Source: a virus (taxonomy: Duplodnaviria; Heunggongvirae; Uroviricota; Caudoviricetes). From it: 18,317 nt of DNA. The stretch lies in IMG/VR virus record IMGVR_UViG_2519103024_000008. One strand, written 5' to 3'. Positions 6,401 through 15,397 of this stretch are shown in pieces; the first letter of the stretch is position 1; the number at the start of each line of letters is the position of its first letter. The position numbers were made by a program, and so were the translations under genes. Below the pieces are notes generated by a model that made no database searches, was not told the origin of the DNA, and was given only the letters and a program-made list of their open reading frames with translations.

Positions 6401-9400
6401 TCAGCTGATACTGATGCCTGCGGTGGCTTTCTTCATCACCACAACCAGCAAATCGCTGATACTTGCTGTGGGATACCAGTTATTCACCAGCCATGCTGAC
6501 ACCGAAAACTCCAGCGTCATGTGGCCGCGACCAGCTGGCATATCAATAACACCACTGTAAATCAGCGTATTATCCAGCGCGGTACGGTTATAAATTTCAG
6601 CACCGTTTTTCCGTACTATCAGGCGGCATGACGAATAAATATCGTTATTCTCCCGCTCATGTTTAGCGCCGCTGAATGCCACCGCCGGAATAACAATCTG
6701 CCGGTCAAACGGCTGATCGTCATAAACCCTGACGGTGATGGTCCCTGATGGCCACCGTTCCGGTGCACGGGAGTCCCGGGGGAAAGCTTTGCCCACTGTT
6801 TTAACGAGATCGCCTTCAATCTGGTTGGCGGACAATTTTCCCAGAACCCGACAGTTCTCGTTAATCGTGACGTTGTTGAGCGTCCCGGAGTTCGCATTCA
6901 CGTTACCGCTGATATCGGCATTTTTCGCCGTCAGCCGCCCGTCCGGTGTCAGGGAAAATGCCGGAGGATTACCGCCGCTGGTAATGGTCGGAGCCGTCAG
7001 GCGTTTCAGGAACACGTCGTTCATGAATATCTGATCGCCCTGACCAACAAACATCGGCTTTGTGTTGCCATTCGCAGGATTAATCATCGCAATCCGGTCA
7101 GCAGCCAGAAGCACCTGACTCTGCATACCTGCTGGCGTATTCTCAATACCGGCTCCGATACCCGCAATATAAAGGCGTCCGTCCTTCATCTGCTGCAGTT
7201 TCACGGCCCACATGCTGTTCAGGTTATTATTTGTATCAACCTGAACTTTCTGTATCTGCTGGATTGCCGCACTCTGGTCTTCCAGTTTTTTATTGACGGT
7301 CTGCGTGATTTCATTGCTGACATTCGTAATGGACGTCCTGATTTCAGCCAGGTCCGGCGCAAGCTGACCGTTATCAATCTGCGTCCACAACTCCTGGGCC
7401 AGATGTGTTTTCCCGATTTCTCCTTTGAAAAAATCCAGGTAACCTTCCGCATCATCGCTCGCCCGACCGACAGCCTCCACGAATGCCGATTTGCCAACGG
7501 TGTTCACACTGCGAACGTAAAAATAATAATCATGGCCCGGTTTGATATTGATACTGGCGGCTATCCAGTACAGCGCCGTACCAAGATAGCGGGCTGTGGT
7601 TTCAACCTGCCTGATATCGGTAATCCGCTTTTCCGAGAACCAGAACTCAAACTGTACCGTCGGGTCATAAACAGCAAGATGCGGCGTGGCGGTTATCTGA
7701 AAATAGCCCGGCGTCAGCTCAATCCTCGACGGTGCTGCCGGTGCGGCAATCCGGAACGATACCGACGCCGGATCGCCCTGCTGCCCCCGGGCATTTACCG
7801 CCCGGACTGTCAGCCTGTAGTTCCCCAGCGCCAGTTGCGTGAAGCGGTATGTGGTTTCCGTCGTCCGGGCCGTGCTGACCAGTCGCTCACTGCCGTCGTC
7901 CGCTGTTACGGTCAGACGGAGCAGGAAGCTCACGCCCTTCACCACCTTCGGTGTGTCCCATCGCGCCAGCACCTGATATTCCCCGCTGTCTGCAGTGACT
8001 TCGGCGGTCAGGTGCTGCACTGCTGGCGGCGTGACACCATTCACCGTGCCGCTCTGGTCACCGTCAAAGTGCGCCCCGTTATCCACGATGGCTTCTTTCT
8101 CCGGTACATGCTGCACGGCGGTGATGGCATACGTGCCGTCATCGTTCTCACGGATACTCACGCAGCGGAACAGGCGCTGGCGCAGCGTCGGCAGCTTCAG
8201 CCCCCACACGCTGTATTCTGCAACGCCGTCAGGAACACGGCTCACTTTCACCTTCACGCCGTCGGTGACGGACTGGACCTCCACGCTGACCGGATTACCC
8301 TGACCGTCAACCAGGCTTATCAGCGTGGTACCGGAGGATGGCAGCGTGATTTCACGGTCGAGCGTCAGCGTCCGGGTCTGGCTGTTCACCGCCAGCACGC
8401 GCCCGCCAATGCTGATCCCCGCATAGTCATCATCGCAGATTTCAATAACATCACCCGGTACATGGCGAAGCCCTTCTGCGCCGACGCTGAAATCCACGGT
8501 CTGCGTCTCCAGCAGTTCCGTTTAATCAGCCACAGCCCGGCGCGGTGTGCCTGCCCCCGGCTGGTCAGCCAAAGGCATCCATCTTCGTGACGTTACGACC
8601 GTAACGGGCAATGGCCTGCGTGTCCTCCACAGCTCTGTCNCCGTCTCCCAGCCGTTATCCGGTCAATCCAGTTCANNNNNNNNNNNNNNNNNNNNNNNNN
8701 NNNNNNNNNNNNNNNNNNNNNNNNNNNNNNNNNNNNNNNNNNNNNNNNNNNNNNNNNNNNNNNNNNNNNNNNNNNNNNNNNNNNNNNNNNNNNNNNNNNN
8801 NNNNNNNNNNNNNNNNNNNNNNNNNNNNNNNNNNNNNNNNNNNNNNNNNNNNNNNNNNNNNNNNNNNNNNNNNNNNNNNNNNNNNNNNNNNNNNNNNNNN
8901 NNNNNNNNNNNNNNNNNNNNNNNNNNNNNNNNNNNNNNNNNNNNNNNNNNNNNNNNNNNNNNNNNNNNNNNNNNNNNNNNNNNNNNNNNNNNNNNNNNNN
9001 NNNNNNNNNNNNNNNNNNNNNNNNNNNNNNNNNNNNNNNNNNNNNNNNNNNNNNNNNNNNNNNNNNNNNNNNNNNNNNNNNNNNNNNNNNNNNNNNNNNN
9101 NNNNNNNNNNNNNNNNNNNNNNNNNNNNNNNNNNNNNNNNNNNNNNNNNNNNNNNNNNNNNNNNNNNNNNNNNNNNNNNNNNNNNNNNNNNNNNNNNNNN
9201 NNNNNNNNNNNNNNNNNNNNNNNNNNNNNNNNNNNNNNNNNNNNNNNNNNNNNNNNNNNNNNNNNNNNNNNNNNNNNNNNNNNNNNNNNNNNNNNNNNNN
9301 NNNNNNNNNNNNNNNNNNNNNNNNNNNNNNNNNNNNNNNNNNNNNNNNNNNNNNNNNNNNNNNNNNNNNNNNNNNNNNNNNNNNNNNNNNNNNNNNNNNN

Positions 9401-9926
9401 NNNNNNNNNNNNNNNNNNNNNNNNNNNNNNNNNNNNNNNNNNNNNNNNNNNNNNNNNNNNNNNNNNNNNNNNNNNNNNNNNNNNNNNNNNNNNNNNNNNN
9501 CTGGATCTGAACCAGCAGGCGGACTTCCGACGGATTCCTGTCCTCCTTTGAGGTGGTTTCCACCAGTGCCTGCACACCGAAGGTAAAGCGCAGACGGTCG
9601 ATGTTTGCCGACGTGATGGTCCGGGTGATCGGCGTGTCATATTTCACTTCCGTACCCAGCACCGTCTCGGAGCCGGAGGATTCAAATCCCTCCGGCGGTG
9701 TCTGCTCCTGCTCACCTGCCCGGAACACCACCGTGACACCGGATATATTGGTATTCCCCTCACTGTCCAGCACCGGCGTACTGTTCAGCAGCACGCTTTT
9801 TAATCCGTCCACCGGACCTTCAACCGGCCCTTCGCTGATGGCATCGATCACACTCAGCAGCTGCGTGGACTTCAGGTTGTCCCTCGCTTCGCGCGGGGTA
9901 TGCCCCTTACTGCTTCCTTTACCCAT
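6401..9926 (-). CDS. J: Tail tip / host-specificity protein J (central tail fiber), interrupted by gap 8676-9500 and with frame breaks in 8498-8675
   Basis: N-terminus [54 protein letters not shown] and the long central region match lambda J as recalled. SD GAGGA precedes the ATG at 9924-9926. The last ~150 aa differ from lambda. The frame is restored by assuming 4 single-base deletions next to the gap. Confidence 0.85.
8676..9500. other. Assembly gap (825 N) inside J; isolated ambiguous base at 8640
   Basis: Run of N read directly from the sequence. Confidence 1.
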
Positions 9927-9940
9927 TCCTCACACTCCAT

Positions 9941-9968
9941 AAACAACAAAGCCGCCCAAAAGGCGGCT
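9941..9968 (-). terminator. Putative rho-independent terminator downstream of the lipoprotein gene, immediately upstream of the J ribosome-binding site
   Basis: Minus strand: 7-bp GC-rich stem (9950-9956 pairing 9962-9968) with 5-nt loop, followed by UUGUUGUUU (revcomp of 9941-9949). Confidence 0.45.
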
Positions 9969-9992
9969 CATGAGTTACGACAGGATTAACTA

Positions 9993-10331
9993 TTATTTAC
10001 ATGCATTAACACTATCAGCAAAAATTTTTGGCGTTAATGCTGGTACACGTTCATAAAGAGTAAAACTACTGCCATTTCCTGCTTTTTTGATATCAAGCAC
10101 AACATCATATCCCCCCATAGCCTGTGGAACTAAAAGGCTTACCCCATTCTCAATAGGAAGGGATGTTATAGGTGTTCCATTACCAGCCCATTGTCTGGAT
10201 ATGCAGCCTGACAATTCATCAATATTTTTTAATGAATTACCTTCCATTACAGGTTTTCCGGATTTTACGTAATCCAAAGATTTACATCCTGTTAAGGCAA
10301 TAATCGTGCAGAATAAAATCGTTTTGTTCAT
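9993..10331 (-). CDS. Small predicted lipoprotein (112-aa precursor), moron inserted between I and J
   Basis: From the ATG at 10329-10331: MNKTILFCTIIALTGC, a hydrophobic signal peptide with lipobox LTGC, giving a ~96-aa mature protein. The gene and both flanks are strongly AT-rich. The ORF track starts 4 codons earlier at a TTG. No family recognised. Confidence 0.6.
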   Translation of the reverse strand: MNKTILFCTIIALTGCKSLDYVKSGKPVMEGNSLKNIDELSGCISRQWAGNGTPITSLPIENGVSLLVPQAMGGYDVVLDIKKAGNGSSFTLYERVPALTPKIFADSVNACK

Positions 10332-10404
10332 ATAGCTAACCAATAGAATAATTATCAGTGTTCGATATAAATATTAAATTAGTTAGAACATGAGTAAAAT
10401 AATA

Positions 10405-11046
10405 TTACCGCCCAATTACCACAACCTGACCACCATCCCCTTCATCTGCCGTGCTGATCTCCTGAGATGCCACACGTGACCCCACGCGCATTTCACCGTA
10501 CAGAACAGGCAGGACATTGCCCTGGGCAACCATGTTATCCAGTGAGGAGAAATAGGTGTTCTGTTTGCCGTTATCCGTTGTCTGTGTACGGGGAGTTCTG
10601 GCTTTCGGTGCCAGCATCTGCGCCACACCACCAAGCGTCATCGCCGCACCCATTGAAAAGAGAATGTCACTGAAAGCGATACTGATCCCCGGCATCCAGA
10701 TTGCCGTAGCAATCAACGCCGCACCCAGCACCGCCTGAAACACACCGCCACTTTTTGCTCCCGCAAGACGCGGCACGATGTGGATCACGGCACCATTTGC
10801 CAGCGGCTCATTAAGACGGGATGATAATTCGGTTTCTCCTGCATCCCGCCCGGCAATCCGTACCTGATACCAGCCATCGCTCAGTTTCTGACGAAACGCC
10901 GGGAGCTGTGTGGCCAGTGCCCGGATGGCTTCAGCCCCCGTTTTCACACGAAGGTCGATGCGGCGGCCAAATCGTTGCAAATCCCCGTAAAGGCAGATGC
11001 GTGCCATTCCCGGTGACGCCAGAGGGAGTGTGTGCGTCGCTGCCAT
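10405..11046 (-). CDS. I: Tail assembly protein I (213 aa)
   Basis: Position between K and J, and N-terminus MAATHTLPLASPGMARICLYGDLQRFGRRIDLRVKTGAEAIRALA recalled as lambda gpI. Overlaps the 3' end of K in another frame; the exact start is uncertain (alternative ATG at 11005-11007). Confidence 0.8.
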   Translation of the reverse strand: MAATHTLPLASPGMARICLYGDLQRFGRRIDLRVKTGAEAIRALATQLPAFRQKLSDGWYQVRIAGRDAGETELSSRLNEPLANGAVIHIVPRLAGAKSGGVFQAVLGAALIATAIWMPGISIAFSDILFSMGAAMTLGGVAQMLAPKARTPRTQTTDNGKQNTYFSSLDNMVAQGNVLPVLYGEMRVGSRVASQEISTADEGDGGQVVVIGR

Positions 11047-11687
11047 TTGTCGGTATACCTCTCTCGTTTACTCAGTTGTTCAGGAATATGGTGCAGCAGC
11101 TCACCGTCGCCGCAGTAAATGGCGGCGTGATTCGGCACCGATGAACCAAAACAGCACAGCAGCACATCGCCCGGCTGCGCCTCTGTCAGTGCGACACGGT
11201 AAAAACCAGTAGCCTCCATATTGTCAAGATAGAGATTCTGACCGTGACGCCACCAGTCATCCCCGCGATGAAAATCCGGCATCTCAATCCCCGCCAGATG
11301 GTAAGCATCCCGGAACAGTGTGTAACAGTCTGTCACCCCGTACTCAAAGCGCCGCCCGGTGAGATGCGGCACACAGCGGAACTTGTGAATCGCCCCCCGG
11401 CAGACCAGCCACCACGGCAAATCGCTCTGCACCTGCAGCCGCCGGTCAGCCTCACTCAGCCAGGGCAGACCACCGGGGTGGCTGTGGACCAGCGCCACAA
11501 TCTCACCCTGCATCTCTGCCTGCAGCCAGTCCTCCGGAGCCATCCGGAAATACGCCTCCGGCTCACCGGAGATATTCACGCAGGGGAAATATCTTTCCCC
11601 CTCCGGCGTGCTTACCACGAAGCCGCACGACTCCGCTGGCGCACATCGCCGGGCGTGCGCCAGAATCGCTGATTCTGTCTCTGTCAT
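10944..11687 (-). CDS. K: Tail tip assembly protein K (JAMM/MPN plus NlpC/P60 domains), 247 aa from the ATG at 11685-11687
   Basis: MTETESAILAHARRCAPAESCGFVV N-terminus. JAMM motif HSHPGGLPWLSEAD (HxH-x7-S-x2-D) is intact, and NlpC/P60-type Cys (GVTDCYTLF) and His (SVPNHAAIY) are present. The ATG lies 5 nt after the L stop. Confidence 0.85.
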   Translation of the reverse strand: MTETESAILAHARRCAPAESCGFVVSTPEGERYFPCVNISGEPEAYFRMAPEDWLQAEMQGEIVALVHSHPGGLPWLSEADRRLQVQSDLPWWLVCRGAIHKFRCVPHLTGRRFEYGVTDCYTLFRDAYHLAGIEMPDFHRGDDWWRHGQNLYLDNMEATGFYRVALTEAQPGDVLLCCFGSSVPNHAAIYCGDGELLHHIPEQLSKRERYTDKWQRRTHSLWRHREWHASAFTGICNDLAAASTFV

Positions 11688-11691
11688 GGGA

Positions 11692-11788
11692 TTACTGCGA
11701 AAGTTTGTTAATGGAAAGGAAGCCGCCAAAGTTGCCGACGTTATTGCGAAACTTACAGCCGCTCAGGCATTTGCTGCATTTATCCTTC
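11692..11788 (-). CDS. L: Minor tail protein L, 3' end only (the rest lies in gap 11789-12542)
   Basis: Translation of the visible segment, KDKCSKCLSGCKFRNNVGNFGGFLSINKLSQ-stop, matches the Cys-rich C-terminus of lambda gpL as recalled. Stop TAA at 11692-11694. Confidence 0.7.
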
Positions 11789-12542
11789 NNNNNNNNNNNN
11801 NNNNNNNNNNNNNNNNNNNNNNNNNNNNNNNNNNNNNNNNNNNNNNNNNNNNNNNNNNNNNNNNNNNNNNNNNNNNNNNNNNNNNNNNNNNNNNNNNNNN
11901 NNNNNNNNNNNNNNNNNNNNNNNNNNNNNNNNNNNNNNNNNNNNNNNNNNNNNNNNNNNNNNNNNNNNNNNNNNNNNNNNNNNNNNNNNNNNNNNNNNNN
12001 NNNNNNNNNNNNNNNNNNNNNNNNNNNNNNNNNNNNNNNNNNNNNNNNNNNNNNNNNNNNNNNNNNNNNNNNNNNNNNNNNNNNNNNNNNNNNNNNNNNN
12101 NNNNNNNNNNNNNNNNNNNNNNNNNNNNNNNNNNNNNNNNNNNNNNNNNNNNNNNNNNNNNNNNNNNNNNNNNNNNNNNNNNNNNNNNNNNNNNNNNNNN
12201 NNNNNNNNNNNNNNNNNNNNNNNNNNNNNNNNNNNNNNNNNNNNNNNNNNNNNNNNNNNNNNNNNNNNNNNNNNNNNNNNNNNNNNNNNNNNNNNNNNNN
12301 NNNNNNNNNNNNNNNNNNNNNNNNNNNNNNNNNNNNNNNNNNNNNNNNNNNNNNNNNNNNNNNNNNNNNNNNNNNNNNNNNNNNNNNNNNNNNNNNNNNN
12401 NNNNNNNNNNNNNNNNNNNNNNNNNNNNNNNNNNNNNNNNNNNNNNNNNNNNNNNNNNNNNNNNNNNNNNNNNNNNNNNNNNNNNNNNNNNNNNNNNNNN
12501 NNNNNNNNNNNNNNNNNNNNNNNNNNNNNNNNNNNNNNNNNN
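11789..12542. other. Assembly gap (754 N) covering the M 3' end and most of L
   Basis: Run of N read directly from the sequence. Confidence 1.
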
Positions 12543-12826
12543 ATACTGACCTGCGACGACCATTTTGCGCAGGTCACCTTTATCTGCCTGTAACCATAAG
12601 GCGGCGTCCACAGAAAGGCCTTCCAGCCCCCGTGCTCAGCCAGAAACGACTCCAGCGCCGTGGCCTCCTCACGGGAGACAGACAGCGTCACGCTGTACGT
12701 TTTCAGGTCAGCGTTCAGCCCGGCAGGCGCACGCTGGGAATAGCCATCACCAAAGCGCACCTCCCTGACGGAAGGAGCCGATGTCACATCCATCCCGGGT
12801 TTCACTTTCCAGCGGAAGGTTTTCAT
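12543..12826 (-). CDS. M: Minor tail protein M, 5' portion (94 aa visible; 3' end in gap)
   Basis: MKTFRWKVKPGMDVTSAPSVREVRFGDGYSQRAPAGLNADLKTYSVTLSV matches lambda gpM as recalled. Its ATG (12824-12826) overlaps the H stop codon. Confidence 0.85.
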
Positions 12827-15397
12827 CGTCCACCTCCGGAGAACAGTCCACCATCACGCATCTGTGTCTGAATTTCATCACGGGCACCCTTGCGGGCCAT
12901 GTCATACACCGCCTTCAGAGCAGCCGGACCTATCTGCCCGTTCGTGCCGTCGTTGTTAATCACCACATGGTTATTCTGCTCAAACGTCCCGGACGCCTGC
13001 GACCGGCTGTCAGCCAGACTGCCCGGTGTACCGACATAACCACCGGTGGCATAGCCGCGCATCAGCCGATAGAGATTCCCCACGCCAATCCGGCTGGTTG
13101 CCTCCTTTGTGAAGACAAATTCACCACGGTGAACAATCCCCGCTGGCTCATATTTGCCGCCGGTTCCCGTAAATCCTCCGGTTGCAAAATGGAATTTCGC
13201 CGCGGCGGCCTGAATGGCTGTACCGCCTGACGCGGATGCGCCGCCACCAACAGCCCCGCCAATGGCGCTGCCGATACTCCCGACAATCCCCACCATTGCC
13301 TGCTTAAGCAGAATTTCTGTCATCATGGACAGCACGGAACGGGTGAATCCCCGCCAGTTCTGTTCGCTGCCGGTCAGCATCGCCGCCATATTCTGTGCAA
13401 TACCGTCAAAGGTCTGCGTGGCCACACTTTTAACCTGCGAAAAACTGTCCGTCGCACTTTCCGCCCACTCTCCCCAGCCGGACTTCATCCCGGCCATCCA
13501 GCTTCCACGAAGCTGCTCCTCCGCAGACCAGGTGTTCTTCAGTGCCGATGTGGCCTTCGCCAGCGCAGCCGGATTATCACCGTACACCTCACGAAGGCGC
13601 TGCTCTTCCGACTCCCGCTGCGCCTGACGGTCGGTGAGGCCGCGGGCTTTTGCGCTGATTGCCGCCTGCTTCGCGCTTTGCTGCTGTTCAAACCGCGCCG
13701 CCTGCTGTGCCAGCTCATTCAGCCGCTTCTGGTGTTCAATCTTGTCTCCCAGCTCAGCCAGCTGGCGTTTGTACTCCAGCGTCTCTTTCTCATGAGCCAG
13801 CAGGGATTTTTCCTGCTCAGATAACTGCCGTTTCGTGGCGGCCTCTTTCAGGACCACATACTGACTTTCCGCTTCCCATAAATCCCGGCGCTGCTGGCTG
13901 ATTTTCTCATTCACACCGCTGTGTTTTTCCAGCGTCCTGAGCTCGGTTTCAAGCGCCAGCAGGGCTGCATGCGCCCGGTCTTCCTGGCGCTCACCGGCAG
14001 ACACCTTCACACCTGACGGCTTTTTCAGCGTCGATTCATAATCCTTTTTTGCCGACGCCATCAGCGTGTTGTAATCCGCCTGCAGGATTTTTCCGTCTTT
14101 CAGGGCCTTATTCAGCTCTTTCTGACGGGCGGTATATTTATCCAGCGGCGTCTGCAGGCGCTCATACGCCTTCTGCGCCTCTCCGGTATACTTCAGCTGT
14201 GACGACTCACGCTCAGCCCTGTCCCTTGCCGCCAGTTCACCGGCTTTTTCCATATCCGACTGCAGCGTGGCCGCTGCCAGACCCAGACGGGCATTTTCCC
14301 GGTCATCCCATGCCCCCTGAAGGTTCGCACGAAAAGAGGAGGTCTTTCCCCGGCGCTGGCTCCGGCTCTGGTACCACTGCCATTTTTTATCCGCCTCATC
14401 AAATGCCTTCTGCGCACTGGCGAGCATATCCGCTGAGGATTCCGGACGACCGATATCCAGAATGGCATCCCACATCGATTTGAATGCCTTCCCTGTTTTA
14501 TCCGCCCAGGTCTCCAGTGTTCCCATGTTTTCTTTCAGGCGACGGGTCTGCTCATCAAAGCCTTTCGTGGCGATATCGTTCGCCGCCTGCAATGCCCCGG
14601 CCTCGTCTCCGGAACGCTGCAGCTGTGCAACATACGCAATCTGCTCTGCCGTCACGTTACGGAACTGGCGCGCCATCGCCATCAGTCCCGACGTCGGGTC
14701 AGTGGTCAGCTTCCCGAAGGCTTCAGCGACTTTATCCACCTCCACACCGGATGCAGACGCAAAACGCGCGACACTCTGGTTGATGGCATCAAACTGTTCA
14801 CCACCACGCACACCGGCATTCACCAGGGCTGCCAGTGACTCTCTCGCCTGGTTAAACGTCAGCCCTGCTGCCTGCCCGGCTCTTGAGAGCGTCAGCATAC
14901 GATCGGCAGTCAGTCCGGCCTGATTGCCGGAAAGGACCAGCGTTTTATTAAATTCTGAAAGCGTGGCGTCGCCCTGGTACCAGGCGTACGCCAGCGCACC
15001 TGTCGCCACCGCCAGCGAGGTGACCCCGACCATCGGCAGGGTGATCGCACCGGCAAGCCCCCTGAACATGGGGATCATCCCGCCGAAGGAGTCCTTCACC
15101 TGACCGCCCTGTTGCAGCAGGATCAACCAGGGATTCTGACCACCGGCAAGCTGCGTGGCGATATCCGTAAACTGTGCGGGCAGGGTTCGCATGGCCGCTT
15201 TATACTGCCCGGACGGAAATCCCGGCTTTTTGTGCAGCCAGCGCCTGGCGGCTCAGGCCCTGTTCAACAGCACTGGCGGTTTTTCTGGCGTCGGTATCCA
15301 GACCTGAAAAATGACGCCTTACCCGGCTCATCTGCTCATCGAAACGGACAGCATCCAGACTCAGGTCAATAACAAGATCACCAACCGGCTGGGACAT
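12823..15397 (-). pseudogene. H: Tail tape measure protein H, about 857 aa, broken by a +1 frameshift (extra C/G) at about 15208-15214
   Basis: Two adjacent ORFs (15200-15397, 65 aa; 12823-15192, 789 aa) jointly cover a lambda gpH-like protein (MSQPVGDLVIDLSLDAVRFDEQMSRVRRHFSG ... QTQMRDGGLFSGGGR). Removing one base from GTCCGGGCAG restores a continuous ...ISVGQYKAAMRTLPAQFTD... reading. May be sequencing error rather than true inactivation. Confidence 0.8.

Noticed and set aside
7403-8590. 395-aa plus-strand ORF antisense to J, and similar antisense ORFs (5731-6408 opposite lom, 11244-11672 opposite K, 15588-16922 opposite G/V, 13214-14923 opposite H)
   Set aside because: They lie entirely inside well-supported minus-strand tail genes, show no start context and have low-complexity, Arg/Cys/Pro-rich translations typical of antisense frames in GC-rich genes.
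8498-8675. J as a decayed pseudogene
   Set aside because: The four indels are confined to the 175 bp beside a gap and next to an ambiguous base, while the remaining ~2.1 kb of visible J coding sequence on the downstream side is a single open frame. Sequencing error is the more economical explanation, though it remains unverified.
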